A stretch of 62,059 nucleotides of DNA, from contig JACAEV010000197.1 of assembly GCA_013388645.1 (NCBI GenBank), positions 1 to 62,059 on the forward strand, read 5' to 3'. This DNA comes from Syntrophaceae bacterium (GTDB lineage Bacteria; Desulfobacterota; BSN033; UBA1163). Each line of letters opens with the position of its first letter. Positions within the stretch are counted from its first letter, which is position 1. The position numbers were made by a program, and so were the translations under genes. Below the pieces are notes generated by a model. The model worked only from the letters and a program-made list of their open reading frames with translations, did no database searches and was not told where the DNA came from. Shown here in pieces: positions 1 through 8,692 of the stretch.

Positions 1-115
1 ATTGCATCTACCGCGGAGGTTTGTAAAGCGTAGTTTGTAGTGACACAATTTTTATTCGGGTTTCGTAAAATCAATAGGTTAGCATCAAAATAACCTTATA
101 ACTGCGGAAGTTGGG

Positions 116-335
116 CTAATAGAAATCTTCTGCCTGAGTGGGAGTGAGACCAGAGAGAGCAAAGTCATCGATGATCAACAGATCGGGGAGCAGGTATTTT
201 TTCATGCGCTTCTCTCAGGAGTGATTGGCGCGGCCGGCCAAGAGGAAACGGAAGAGTTTGACTCTAAAGTGCAGAAATTTCTGTCCATTGACACATACCT
301 GCAGAGTCTCCAGATACGTGGCCAAGACTTGATGA
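116..335 (-). pseudogene. IS21-family IstB-like helper ATPase remnant (C-terminal part only, in-frame TGA)
   Basis: The minus-strand frame reads ...FRVKLFRFLLAGRANHS*EKRMKKYLLPDLLIIDDFALSGLTPTQAEDFY*. This resembles the IstB Walker-B region 'DLLIIDDxG'. A TGA lies at 215-217, there is no recognisable P-loop or N-terminus, and no istA lies upstream. Confidence 0.4.
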
Positions 336-515
336 GAATATATCAGAAAATTGAGATTGGACCAAAATTTATGCCAAAAGGAGTTTGCTAAGATAACGGA
401 GGTTAATGAAACGGCCATACACTCAATAGAGAGAGGAGAAGGGTAAGGCGTCAAAGATGGTTCGAAAAGTACCAAAGAAAATTTGTTGAAGCTATTAAAT
501 TCCTTTGCCTTATGA
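336..515 (+). pseudogene. XRE-family helix-turn-helix protein remnant (no start codon, in-frame TAA at 444-446)
   Basis: The frame reads EYIRKLRLDQNLCQKEFAKITEVNETAIHSIERGEG*GVKDGSKSTKENLLKLLNSFAL*, a classic HTH_3 pattern (QxEFAxxxGVxxxxISxIERGE...LLKL). It opens directly after a TGA and has no ATG. Confidence 0.4.
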
Positions 516-861
516 TTTTCTGGAAGTAATTTGAAGGAATCTTTTTGGTTCTGAGTGATTTTATGAAACAGGAAACAAGTTAAAATTTATGATCCTGCCG
601 CTCGCAATATCATACAGCTTCTTGCTATTGACAATTTATTATTTAATTGTTAATTAACCATCGGTTTTAAGCAAACTATCCTGTTAGAATTGGAAATCGC
701 TGAGCCATTCTCGATAAATCCAACTGCAAAGAAGTAAATAGAACAAGAGAATCTACGATTGACTTTATTTGAGCAGATACGATTTAAAAGAATGAGACGC
801 AAGAAATTGTGAGGGAAAAATTTCATTCAATCACTACGAAGGAGAGGACAGAGGAATTATT

Positions 862-2100
862 ATGCCAAAAGCAAAGACTGAAAATCAGGGGATGCCGGGC
901 CCTCTGGATGGAATCCGTATTGTGGAATATGGAGTATTCCATGCAGGGCCAGGTGGAAATGCCATTCTGGGTGATCTGGGAGCAGAAATCATCAAAATTG
1001 AAACGTTTGCCGGCGATCCGGAGCGCTCTTGGACCAGAGTCGCCGGAGCGGATTTTTCCCTTAAAAACAGGGAGGGTATTTTTTTTGAGGCGTCGAATCG
1101 AAATAAGAAAAGCATTTGCCTCAATATCAAGCAAAGAAAAGGTCGTGAGGTTTTCAATCGGCTGATAAAAGATGCGGATGTCTTTCTGACCAACTTGCGT
1201 AAAAGCACCAAAGCCAAAATGCGTTTGGATTATGCTGCAATATCCAAATTGAACCCAAATATTATTTACGCCAGTGTCTCCGCGTATGGAACCGAAGGCC
1301 CGATGAGCGATCTGGGCGCCTTCGATCCTTTGGGACAGGCCCGCTCCGGCATGATGTATGTGGCAGGAAAGCAAGAGCCCCAACTGCTTCATCTTGGTAT
1401 TTTAGATCAAACCACAGCCATTACGATGAGCCATGCCATTCTGACGGCTCTCTTTGACAGGGAACGCAGAGGTATTGGTCAGGAAGTGCATCTCTCTCTT
1501 TACAGCGCAGGCCTATGGGTGCAGTATTTTAATATACTCATAGCCGGTTTTTTTTCTATAGACCCCTGTGTTCTCGTTGGGGATGCTACACAACATTCGC
1601 CATTGAGAAAGCAATTTCGCTGCAAAGACGGCAGATGGATTATTGGCACCCATCATCCAGAAGAAAAATACTGGGCGACCTTTTGCAAGGTAACAGGGCA
1701 AGACGCATTATTGCAAGATTCGCGATACACCACGGCCGCCGGAGGGCCTTCGAACTATATTGAACTCAACACAATCTTTGATAAAGTCTTTGCGAGCAAA
1801 TCAGCGGACGAATGGATGAAAATCCTTTTGCCCCATGGCCTAATGTTTTCCCCCATTCAACGTATTGTGGAGATAATCAAGGATCCACAGGCCCTGGCAA
1901 ATGATTTTTTCATACCGTTTGAGCATCCGGTACAGGGGAAAACCCTGATTCCAGCCTATCCGATACATTTTAGTGCCTGTATTGCAGGAATCAGAAGTGC
2001 GGCGCCGAAATTGGGAGAACACACTGATCTGGTCATGCACCAGATAGGTTATACAGATCAAGAAATCCAGGAACTAAAAAAGGAAGGAGTCATTAAATAG
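862..2100 (+). CDS. Family III (CaiB/BaiF-type) acyl-CoA transferase
   Basis: 412 aa. The N-terminal 'GPLDGIRIVEYGVFHAGPGGNAILGDLGAEIIKIE' is the family III CoA-transferase signature. A GAAGGAG RBS lies upstream. Confidence 0.88.
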   Translation: MPKAKTENQGMPGPLDGIRIVEYGVFHAGPGGNAILGDLGAEIIKIETFAGDPERSWTRVAGADFSLKNREGIFFEASNRNKKSICLNIKQRKGREVFNRLIKDADVFLTNLRKSTKAKMRLDYAAISKLNPNIIYASVSAYGTEGPMSDLGAFDPLGQARSGMMYVAGKQEPQLLHLGILDQTTAITMSHAILTALFDRERRGIGQEVHLSLYSAGLWVQYFNILIAGFFSIDPCVLVGDATQHSPLRKQFRCKDGRWIIGTHHPEEKYWATFCKVTGQDALLQDSRYTTAAGGPSNYIELNTIFDKVFASKSADEWMKILLPHGLMFSPIQRIVEIIKDPQALANDFFIPFEHPVQGKTLIPAYPIHFSACIAGIRSAAPKLGEHTDLVMHQIGYTDQEIQELKKEGVIK

Positions 2101-2141
2101 AGGAACGTTGAGTTGTAACAATTAAGGCAACCTGTAAAGAT

Positions 2142-2233
2142 GTCATTCCTGCGGAAGCAGGAATCCATAACCTTTTGAATTTACTGGTCTCCCGCTGGAG
2201 TTTACCCCGTACCTGATACGGGGCGGGAGTGAC
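2142..2233. repeat. Structured palindromic intergenic element (two perfect hairpins inside an imperfect terminal inverted repeat)
   Basis: Hairpin 1 is ATTCCTGC(2145-2152)-GGAA-GCAGGAAT(2157-2164). Hairpin 2 is CCCCGTA(2205-2211)-CCTGA-TACGGGG(2217-2223), nested in CTCCCG(2189-2194)/CGGGAG(2224-2229). The outer arms are GTCATTCC(2142-2149) and GGAGTGAC(2226-2233). Confidence 0.6.
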
Positions 2234-2836
2234 GGATTAGGAATTATTAGAGGTTCCCTTAAGACAAATAAGGCTTATTCCCAAAAGTGCGCATAAAAAA
2301 TGCGAATAAGAATTATCAGTAAGGATCCTGAAAAAAAGATTGTAATGGTAACCACAGCCCACTTCGATTCTGAATCTGTTCTATTAAAAAGATCAACTTA
2401 AGCTGAAATAATCCGCCATCCAAACTGAGTGCTACAATACATGGTATTCAAAGCTTATGGAAAAATTTTTGGCGGATCGTCCCAGCCTTAAAGATCCTTT
2501 AAGACTATAATAATAACCATAAATGTAAAAAATATCACTTTTGTTAGAGGATCCCAAAATATAGTCCATCTACCATCTATAGCTGCGTCTTCATATTTGT
2601 AACCTAAGGGATATCGGCGAACCGCTTTTTTAGTAGAAAGCGAAATACAATTTCGAAAAGGATGGAAGAGCTTTCCAATTTCGTGCTGGGATATTTATAT
2701 TAGAAATTGAACGAAAGATGAGTTGTTAGGATAGAAATTATATGTTGTTAAACGAAAAAACGAAATTAAAGAGGTTGAAATAATCTGATAAAGTTGCTAA
2801 CCTTATGTTAAAGATAGGAACAATAGGAGAGTATAC

Positions 2837-4222
2837 ATGCAAGTTAAAGTTTCGGGATCGAATAATTACTTAGAGAAGAACAACATAGTTTGTTTCTTTG
2901 AACCACAAAGCGTTGCAGTGGTTGGTACCTTAAGAGAAAGTTACTTCGGAAGTCATGCCATAATAAAAAACTTATTGGAGGTTGGTTTCATGGGGAAAAT
3001 TTATCCTATTGATGTTTCTTGCAGCGAGTTTATGGGATTGAAAGTGCATGCCTCGCTCAAAAATATATCCGAAAAAATTGATTTAGTTCTGGCTATCGTA
3101 AATTCCTCAATGATTTCCAATCTGATGATCGAATGTGTGGAAAAGGATGTTAAGGCTATAATTATCTTCTCGAATAGTTTCTTAGAAAGCGACGAGGGAA
3201 AATTTATACTGCAAAAGGAAGTACTTGAAATTGCTAAACGGTCAGGCATCCGTGTTATTGGGCCCAATACGGCAGGTATTATCAATACTGGAAACAGTTT
3301 TATCAGCCACCCATATATAATGGGGCATGGAAAAATTAAGTTAGGGGGTATATCACTTTGTGGACAAAATAGGATGATCAGTCCTCATACATATCCTTTT
3401 GCTGATTTCCATTATGGAATAAGCAAAGTGTGCGACTTGGGCAATAAGAGCGATGTCGATGAGTCCGATATACTTGAATATTTGGAGAATGATTCGTCAA
3501 CAAAAGTAATTGCCATGCATATTGAAAACATAAGAGACGGTAAGAGGTTCTTAAAAATTGCAAGGAGAGTGACTTACAAAAAGCCAGTTTTAGTTTTAAA
3601 ACCTGGTCGAACAAATGAACAGGTTTTTGATGCCGCCTGTAAACAAGCAGGCATTATTCTCCTTGAAAAATTCAGTGAACTTTTTGAAATCCCTAAATTT
3701 TTTGCCTTTCAGCCCCTACCGAAAGGAAATCAGTTTGGTATTATTAGCTATACCGGCATGGGGGCTGCTTTAGCAGCAGACGAGGGGGCAAAATACAATT
3801 TATCTATTGCCAAATTATCTCCTGATACCATCGCAAAGTTAAACGTTATTTCCCCTGGCCTTTGTAAATCGGTTGTAGATTTGGGTCCACTTATGGCCCT
3901 TAAGAATGATTACATTTCTGTCTATCCAGAAATTCTGAAAGTCGTTTTGGAGGATGATAATATTGATTGTTTATTCCATATTCTTTGGGCAGCTCCGATG
4001 GGACCATTTTTAGAAGACTATATAAAAATATTTAGAAACTTACGGAGTGTCTCACAAAAACCTGTAGTGATATGGGTATATGGTCCCCGACAACCAAATG
4101 TATATGACCTGACTTGTAACTTAGAAGATTTAGGCTTTCCAGTGTTTTCAGCGCTTGAAACAGCAATTAAAGCAATTGGTTTAGCCTATCAATACGCTAT
4201 CTGGAAGGGAAGAAAACCATAA
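2837..4222 (+). CDS. ADP-forming acyl-CoA synthetase alpha-subunit-like CoA-binding protein (AcdA-like) lacking the phosphohistidine loop
   Basis: 461 aa. It has a CoA-binding Rossmann N-terminus 'FFEPQSVAVVGTLRES...GKIYPI' and a ligase-CoA domain 'IGPNTAGIIN'. The region 'KPVLVLKPGRTNEQVFDAACKQAGI' lacks the expected '...[11 protein letters not shown]...' segment. An AGGAGA RBS is present. Confidence 0.7.
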   Translation: MQVKVSGSNNYLEKNNIVCFFEPQSVAVVGTLRESYFGSHAIIKNLLEVGFMGKIYPIDVSCSEFMGLKVHASLKNISEKIDLVLAIVNSSMISNLMIECVEKDVKAIIIFSNSFLESDEGKFILQKEVLEIAKRSGIRVIGPNTAGIINTGNSFISHPYIMGHGKIKLGGISLCGQNRMISPHTYPFADFHYGISKVCDLGNKSDVDESDILEYLENDSSTKVIAMHIENIRDGKRFLKIARRVTYKKPVLVLKPGRTNEQVFDAACKQAGIILLEKFSELFEIPKFFAFQPLPKGNQFGIISYTGMGAALAADEGAKYNLSIAKLSPDTIAKLNVISPGLCKSVVDLGPLMALKNDYISVYPEILKVVLEDDNIDCLFHILWAAPMGPFLEDYIKIFRNLRSVSQKPVVIWVYGPRQPNVYDLTCNLEDLGFPVFSALETAIKAIGLAYQYAIWKGRKP

Positions 4223-4512
4223 GGGAAGTTTTTGATCTTTGATAAATCAGAAAAGAAGGCGTTTCCCCTAACCCCTAAATGATTTACCGTTATTACTAAA
4301 ATAGCTATTCCAAATATAATTGATAAAAACGATTCTGGAGGGCAAAACTTTCGCCATTATAGAATATTATTTATATGGCAAGGGCTTACAACGACCTTAT
4401 CAAAATAATGTGTGTTATTATTATTTTCTAAAAATACAAATGCTAAAACTTTTTCCTTGGGTTAAGGTCCTTTTTCCTCCACTATCGAGTAACAATTTTA
4501 TATCTCAAACTC

Positions 4513-5793
4513 TTAGTATAATTTCTCTATTCTTTGGGCTTTAAATGTAACGCGTTCCAATTTGCCTTTAGGTACCAAATCTAACTCTGTATTTATACCT
4601 AAATTGTTAAAAAACATCTCTTCAACTTTTTCTTTAAGAACTTTTAATTGTTTAACTTCGCTTTTGTGTTCTATTCTCAATTTTAGAACCTCCATCTCTT
4701 GTTTGGAGCAAATAATTCGGAACTCATTTTCAAGATCCTCGAATCCGGCTATCACCTCTTCTACATCGATGGGTAAAATGTTCTTTCCTCTGATATTGAC
4801 GATCTGTGAAACACGGCCTTTTACATAAGACATCTTAGGCATGGTACGGCCACATGAGCAAATTTCGTAAGGGAGGATGCTGCCTACATCTCCTACTCTA
4901 TATCTAATAAGAGGCATTGCTTCCCTTTCAAACATCGTAACAACTAATTCTCCTTCCTCACCTTCTGGTAGAAGCTTACCAGTTTTAGGATCCACTACCT
5001 CCAAAATCCCTACGTCAGCATTAATATGCATCCCTTTCCTTGCCTCACACTCAGCAGCCGCAAAAGGAACTGTTTCTACGGCCCCATAAAGGGTCATAAA
5101 AGGTATTCCATATTTTCCCTCGATTTTTTTCTTATAAGATTCAGCCCATCCTTCACCTACTCCACTGACCATTCTAAGTTCCGTATCTTTAATATCAATT
5201 CCTATCTGTTCCATTCTTTCAAAGTAGTGAAGAAGCAAGGAGGGCATATGTTCAATTACTGTAACTCCGCTTTCTTTGGTCAACCGTATTTGATGATCAG
5301 TACTATATCTACCAGCTGATAATAAAACGATAGAAGCTCCCAATTTTTTATAGCCAAGTAAACAGCAGTCAAATCGTGTAAGAATCTGAATTGTATCCCA
5401 CGGTCTTACACCCATTGTCCAACGGCTTCTTGCCTCTCCATCTTTAAAAAAAGTTTCCATATCTTTTTCGCTAAAGGGAATTGGAACAACTGAACCTACA
5501 GTTCCAGAGGTAGAGTGATACATCTTGATCTTTTCTTCAGGGATAGCAAGTCTGTCTTTGAGGGGAATATCGGTTGCTACTTCTATGTCTGTAGTAAAAG
5601 GAATCTTTGACAAGTCTTCAATTGAAGATATATCTTGTGGCTTTACTTCGGCTTGGTCAAATAAGGCTCGGTAGAATTTGGTTTTTTTATAGGCCCAATC
5701 TATCGCGTTTTGAAGTCTTTCATTTTGTAATTTTTGTAACTTCTGTATGGGGAGAGTCTCATTTTCCTCATCCCAGAATTTTCTTTCTATCAT
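4513..5793 (-). CDS. Phenylacetate-CoA ligase (PaaK)/coenzyme F390 synthetase-family adenylate-forming ligase
   Basis: 426 aa. PaaK-type N-terminus 'FWDEENETLPIQKLQKLQNERLQNAIDWAYKKTKFYRALFDQAEVKP', 'YHSTSGTVGS', and the C-terminal 'VKGRVSQIVNIRGKNILPIDVEEVI'. Confidence 0.82.
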   Translation of the reverse strand: MIERKFWDEENETLPIQKLQKLQNERLQNAIDWAYKKTKFYRALFDQAEVKPQDISSIEDLSKIPFTTDIEVATDIPLKDRLAIPEEKIKMYHSTSGTVGSVVPIPFSEKDMETFFKDGEARSRWTMGVRPWDTIQILTRFDCCLLGYKKLGASIVLLSAGRYSTDHQIRLTKESGVTVIEHMPSLLLHYFERMEQIGIDIKDTELRMVSGVGEGWAESYKKKIEGKYGIPFMTLYGAVETVPFAAAECEARKGMHINADVGILEVVDPKTGKLLPEGEEGELVVTMFEREAMPLIRYRVGDVGSILPYEICSCGRTMPKMSYVKGRVSQIVNIRGKNILPIDVEEVIAGFEDLENEFRIICSKQEMEVLKLRIEHKSEVKQLKVLKEKVEEMFFNNLGINTELDLVPKGKLERVTFKAQRIEKLY

Positions 5794-5968
5794 ATTATTC
5801 TCCCTTTTTGTATTTCATTTTCTGTTCCAGAATTTGATTTTCTTCGCAAAGAATAAGTGGGAACCAACTTTTTCTAAATAATTCGTGATCTTGTACTTTC
5901 GAATAAAAATCTCAGCAGAAGATGGTTCATGTTCGATTTATACATGATAAATCATCTGGTGTTAAAAA

Positions 5969-6763
5969 TTAGATCCCTTGAAATTTAGATTTCCGTCTCT
6001 CTTTGAAAGCCACAATTCCCTCTCTGCAATCTTCAGTTTTGAAACATATACTTTGCATAGAAGCTGCCCAGTCTAATTCTCCCAACAGATGACCGGTCAA
6101 ACCTCGGTTAATTCCCTGTTTCGCAATTGAGGTTGCTATTGGAGGTCCGTTAGATAATCTCATTGCGAGGTCCATGGCTTTCTCCTGGAGTCGCTCAGCA
6201 GGAACCACCTTGTTCACGAGACCTATTTTGAAGGCCTCTTGGGCATCAATGATCTCCCCGGTTAAAATCATCTCAGAAGCCCTACCAAGACCGATGATTT
6301 TTGGAAGGAGAAACATGCCCCCTAGGGCTGGGATGATGCCAACTTTTACCCAGATCGATCCAAAAGTAGCTGTTTCTGAAGCAATACGAAGGTCAAAGTG
6401 GAGCAAGAGATCAAAGCCTGCCCCTAATGCAGCACCATTGATGGCACCAATCACCGGTTTATCTAGATTTCTTAAAGACAACACTGTAGTTCCATAATAC
6501 TCCTTTATAAGATTACGAATCTCCACAGAGGATTTAGGACATAAATCATTTAAAACGAAGTCAACATCGCCACCACTTGAGAATGTATCTCCTGCTCCTG
6601 TAATTACAAGCGATTTAATTTCATTATCTCTCGTCACATCATTAATAGCATTTGCTATTTCGACAAAAATTTGTACGTTAAGGGCGTTCTTTACCTCTGG
6701 CCGGTTCAATGTTATTCGGGCTACCTTATTAAATTTTTCAAAAAAAATATTATTATATTGCAT
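5969..6763 (-). CDS. Enoyl-CoA hydratase/isomerase (crotonase superfamily)
   Basis: Motifs 'ARITLNRPEVKNALN', 'GAGDTFSSGGD' and 'AINGAALGAGFDLLL'. I placed the start at ATG 6763 (MQYNN...), which is preceded by AGGAGG. The track ORF extends to 6793. Confidence 0.85.
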   Translation of the reverse strand: MQYNNIFFEKFNKVARITLNRPEVKNALNVQIFVEIANAINDVTRDNEIKSLVITGAGDTFSSGGDVDFVLNDLCPKSSVEIRNLIKEYYGTTVLSLRNLDKPVIGAINGAALGAGFDLLLHFDLRIASETATFGSIWVKVGIIPALGGMFLLPKIIGLGRASEMILTGEIIDAQEAFKIGLVNKVVPAERLQEKAMDLAMRLSNGPPIATSIAKQGINRGLTGHLLGELDWAASMQSICFKTEDCREGIVAFKERRKSKFQGI

Positions 6764-7020
6764 AACTTTCCTCCTATTCTGTCTAAACATCAAGGGGTTC
6801 TAAAATAAATAACATATAATATAGCATGGCAGGATTAGCAAAATTATTAGGGTAAAACGATATACTCTTAACTATTTTTTTGATGCTTGTGATGCTCTCA
6901 ATTGTGCTGATAACCATTGTCTAAGTTTCTATATATTTTCCTTTTCAGGTTAGACAGACAACAGGTTCTGTGCCAGGTTTTATAAGCATAAAAGGTCTCG
7001 AAGTCCAATAAAATATAAAT

Positions 7021-8193
7021 TTATCTTTTTTTAAAGGAACTTAGGATCAAAGTATTGATGGGATCTGATATGCTTGTAAGCCTCTCTGGCCTTCCGAATT
7101 TGAGTGAGGATAATAGAGAATGATCAATAACACCGAAGATCATTTTAGTGGCTACATATGGGTTAAGGGAAGGCCTAAACTCATCTTTGGCTATGCCATC
7201 AAGTATAGTGTTATAAAAAACTCGTGCAAAATCCCGAAAAAGATTATAGGCTTCTTTTTGGTAGAAGGTCATTTTGTATCGGAGGTCAAATAAGCATGTG
7301 GAGCTGTACTCCCTGTGAGATTCCAAGTAATGTAAATAATCGGTTATGAGGACTTTGAGTCTCAGGTCACCCCGCTTGATTCCATTGAGGTGCTCGGTTT
7401 GAATAGAAAGCAGCTCTTTTGTCTTTTCAATGGGGAGTGTAAAAAGAATATCCTCCTTGCTTGAAAAATAATTATATACGGTGGCATCCCCCAAACCTGC
7501 CAATTTGGCGATATCTTGTATGCGGGCCTTATTATAACCATACTCTGAAAAGACTTTGGCTGCCGCATCGAGTATTTTATTTCTTTTATCTTCACTTTCC
7601 TTTTTCAATGTATCCTTTGCTATGGCGTGTTTTATTAGATCGAACAGATCTTCAAACAAAGAGAGTGGATCAGATGGTTTGTTTTCCACAAGCCATGTTA
7701 TCAGGATCTGATCGATAGTGCCGAAGATAAGATTAAGAATTATTGATGGTCTAATATCGGATCGAAATTCGCCATTGTTTTGCCCTTCTACAATTACCTT
7801 CCTATATTCTTGAATGAACTGTCTTATAAGTTTCTGGTGGTCCGTATCGTAAAAATCCCTGTTGGGCCTAAGCTCGAAAATGAGGAGAGTGGTGTATTCC
7901 CTGTCATTGGCCAGGAAATCAAAATAATTCCAGATTAGCTTTCTAAGTTTGATCTCTGCTCCCACAAGTCCTTTGAGATGCTGTTCATTATTTTCAATGA
8001 GTTTTTGAGTTTTTTCTTCCGGGATGGCGAATAGAATATCCTCTTTGTTTTTAAAATGTTCATAAATGGTACTATCGGTTACCTCCACAAGAAAAGAGAT
8101 GTCGGATATTTTCGTCTCCAAGAATCCTTTTGTAGAGAATAACTTTCCTGCAACCTTTAAAATTAATTCTTTTGTTGACAATTTACTATTCAC
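7021..8193 (-). CDS. Tandem-domain (double) TetR-family transcriptional regulator
   Basis: 390 aa with two complete TetR N-terminal HTH modules. They are 'ELILKVAGKLFSTKGFLETKISDISFLVEVTDSTIYEHFKNKEDILF' and 'NKILDAAAKVFSEYGYNKARIQDIAKLAGLGDATVYNYFSSKEDILF', and each is followed by its own ligand-domain-length segment. Confidence 0.85.
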   Translation of the reverse strand: MNSKLSTKELILKVAGKLFSTKGFLETKISDISFLVEVTDSTIYEHFKNKEDILFAIPEEKTQKLIENNEQHLKGLVGAEIKLRKLIWNYFDFLANDREYTTLLIFELRPNRDFYDTDHQKLIRQFIQEYRKVIVEGQNNGEFRSDIRPSIILNLIFGTIDQILITWLVENKPSDPLSLFEDLFDLIKHAIAKDTLKKESEDKRNKILDAAAKVFSEYGYNKARIQDIAKLAGLGDATVYNYFSSKEDILFTLPIEKTKELLSIQTEHLNGIKRGDLRLKVLITDYLHYLESHREYSSTCLFDLRYKMTFYQKEAYNLFRDFARVFYNTILDGIAKDEFRPSLNPYVATKMIFGVIDHSLLSSLKFGRPERLTSISDPINTLILSSFKKR

Positions 8194-8288
8194 GATTCTT
8201 ATTCATTGAAATTATAAATATAGTTTAATTCGTTTTTATTTTTAATTTAAAATAGCATTTTTTTTTTAAATGTCAAGGTTTTATTTTA

Positions 8289-8483
8289 CTGGAGTTTCCT
8301 GACTTTTTAGGGAACTGGCACTTTTCGTGGGCTATTTTAGGAAAAGAACTTTCCTAAGTACTTGAAATACTTAGAACATGATTTTTAAAACTAAAAACAC
8401 AATAATTCTATGTCTTGATACCTTCAACATACCGATATTATTATACAAAAAAGCTTTTTTTTTAAAAACTCAGGAAACGCCAG
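8289..8483. promoter_or_regulatory. Candidate operator set in the divergent TetR/operon control region
   Basis: CTGGAGTTTCCTGAC (8289-8303) and CTCAGGAAACGCCAG (8469-8483) form a 13/15 inverted pair. Between them lie TTAGGAAA-N5-TTTCCTAA (8337-8357) and the overlapping CTAAGTA-N7-TACTTAG (8354-8374). The half-site TTTCCTNA recurs. Confidence 0.3.
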
Positions 8484-8692
8484 TATATTTTATTGATGAA
8501 CGAAATTTAACTGATTAGATTTTTGAAAAATTAAATAAAAACATAATAAAAACAAAATATTAAAAATTTAAAAAAACTTAAAACAATAAAAAATATATTT
8601 TTTTCTTGACACGAATTTAATTTTATGATAACGGTTTTGCAAATAAGATTCGTTAATTTAATTAATTAATAAAAAGGAAAGGGGGAAAAACT

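Noticed and set aside
628-656. TTGACA-N17-TAATTA upstream of the CoA-transferase gene.
   Set aside because: The -10 candidate matches TATAAT at only 2 of 6 positions. AT-rich sequence yields many such hits.
823-1392. Long antisense ORFs overlapping confident genes. Examples are 823..1392(-), 12354..12803(-), 23627..24205(-), 45708..46133(-), 46559..46972(-) and 52027..52560(-).
   Set aside because: They lie entirely inside strongly supported + strand genes, lack RBSs and recognisable motifs, and have the low-complexity composition typical of shadow ORFs.
2240-2836. A possible small membrane-protein gene on the minus strand (…YKYEDAAIDGRWTIFWDPLTKVIFFTFMVIIIVLKDL*).
   Set aside because: It has no start codon or RBS, and stop codons interrupt the continuation. 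At best it is a decayed remnant, and I cannot assign it.
6958-6975. A second TGGCAC-N5 motif on the minus strand (TGGCACAGAACCTGT), upstream of the crotonase gene.
   Set aside because: It again lacks the GC of the -12 box (GT instead). It is probably a chance hexamer.
8316-8330. A sigma-54-like TGGCAC-N5 element (TGGCACTTTTCGTGG) in the divergent control region.
   Set aside because: The -12 element is GTGG rather than TTGC, so the GG-N10-GC rule fails. It also lies about 360 nt upstream of the first + strand gene, and no enhancer-binding protein gene is present.
8606-8633. A perfect TTGACA -35 hexamer followed by TATGAT/GATAAC-like sequence, upstream of the 8693 operon.
   Set aside because: No -10-like hexamer falls at 16-18 nt spacing: TATGAT is at 12 nt and GATAAC at 15 nt. 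The host sigma-factor consensus is also unknown. I did not annotate it as a promoter.
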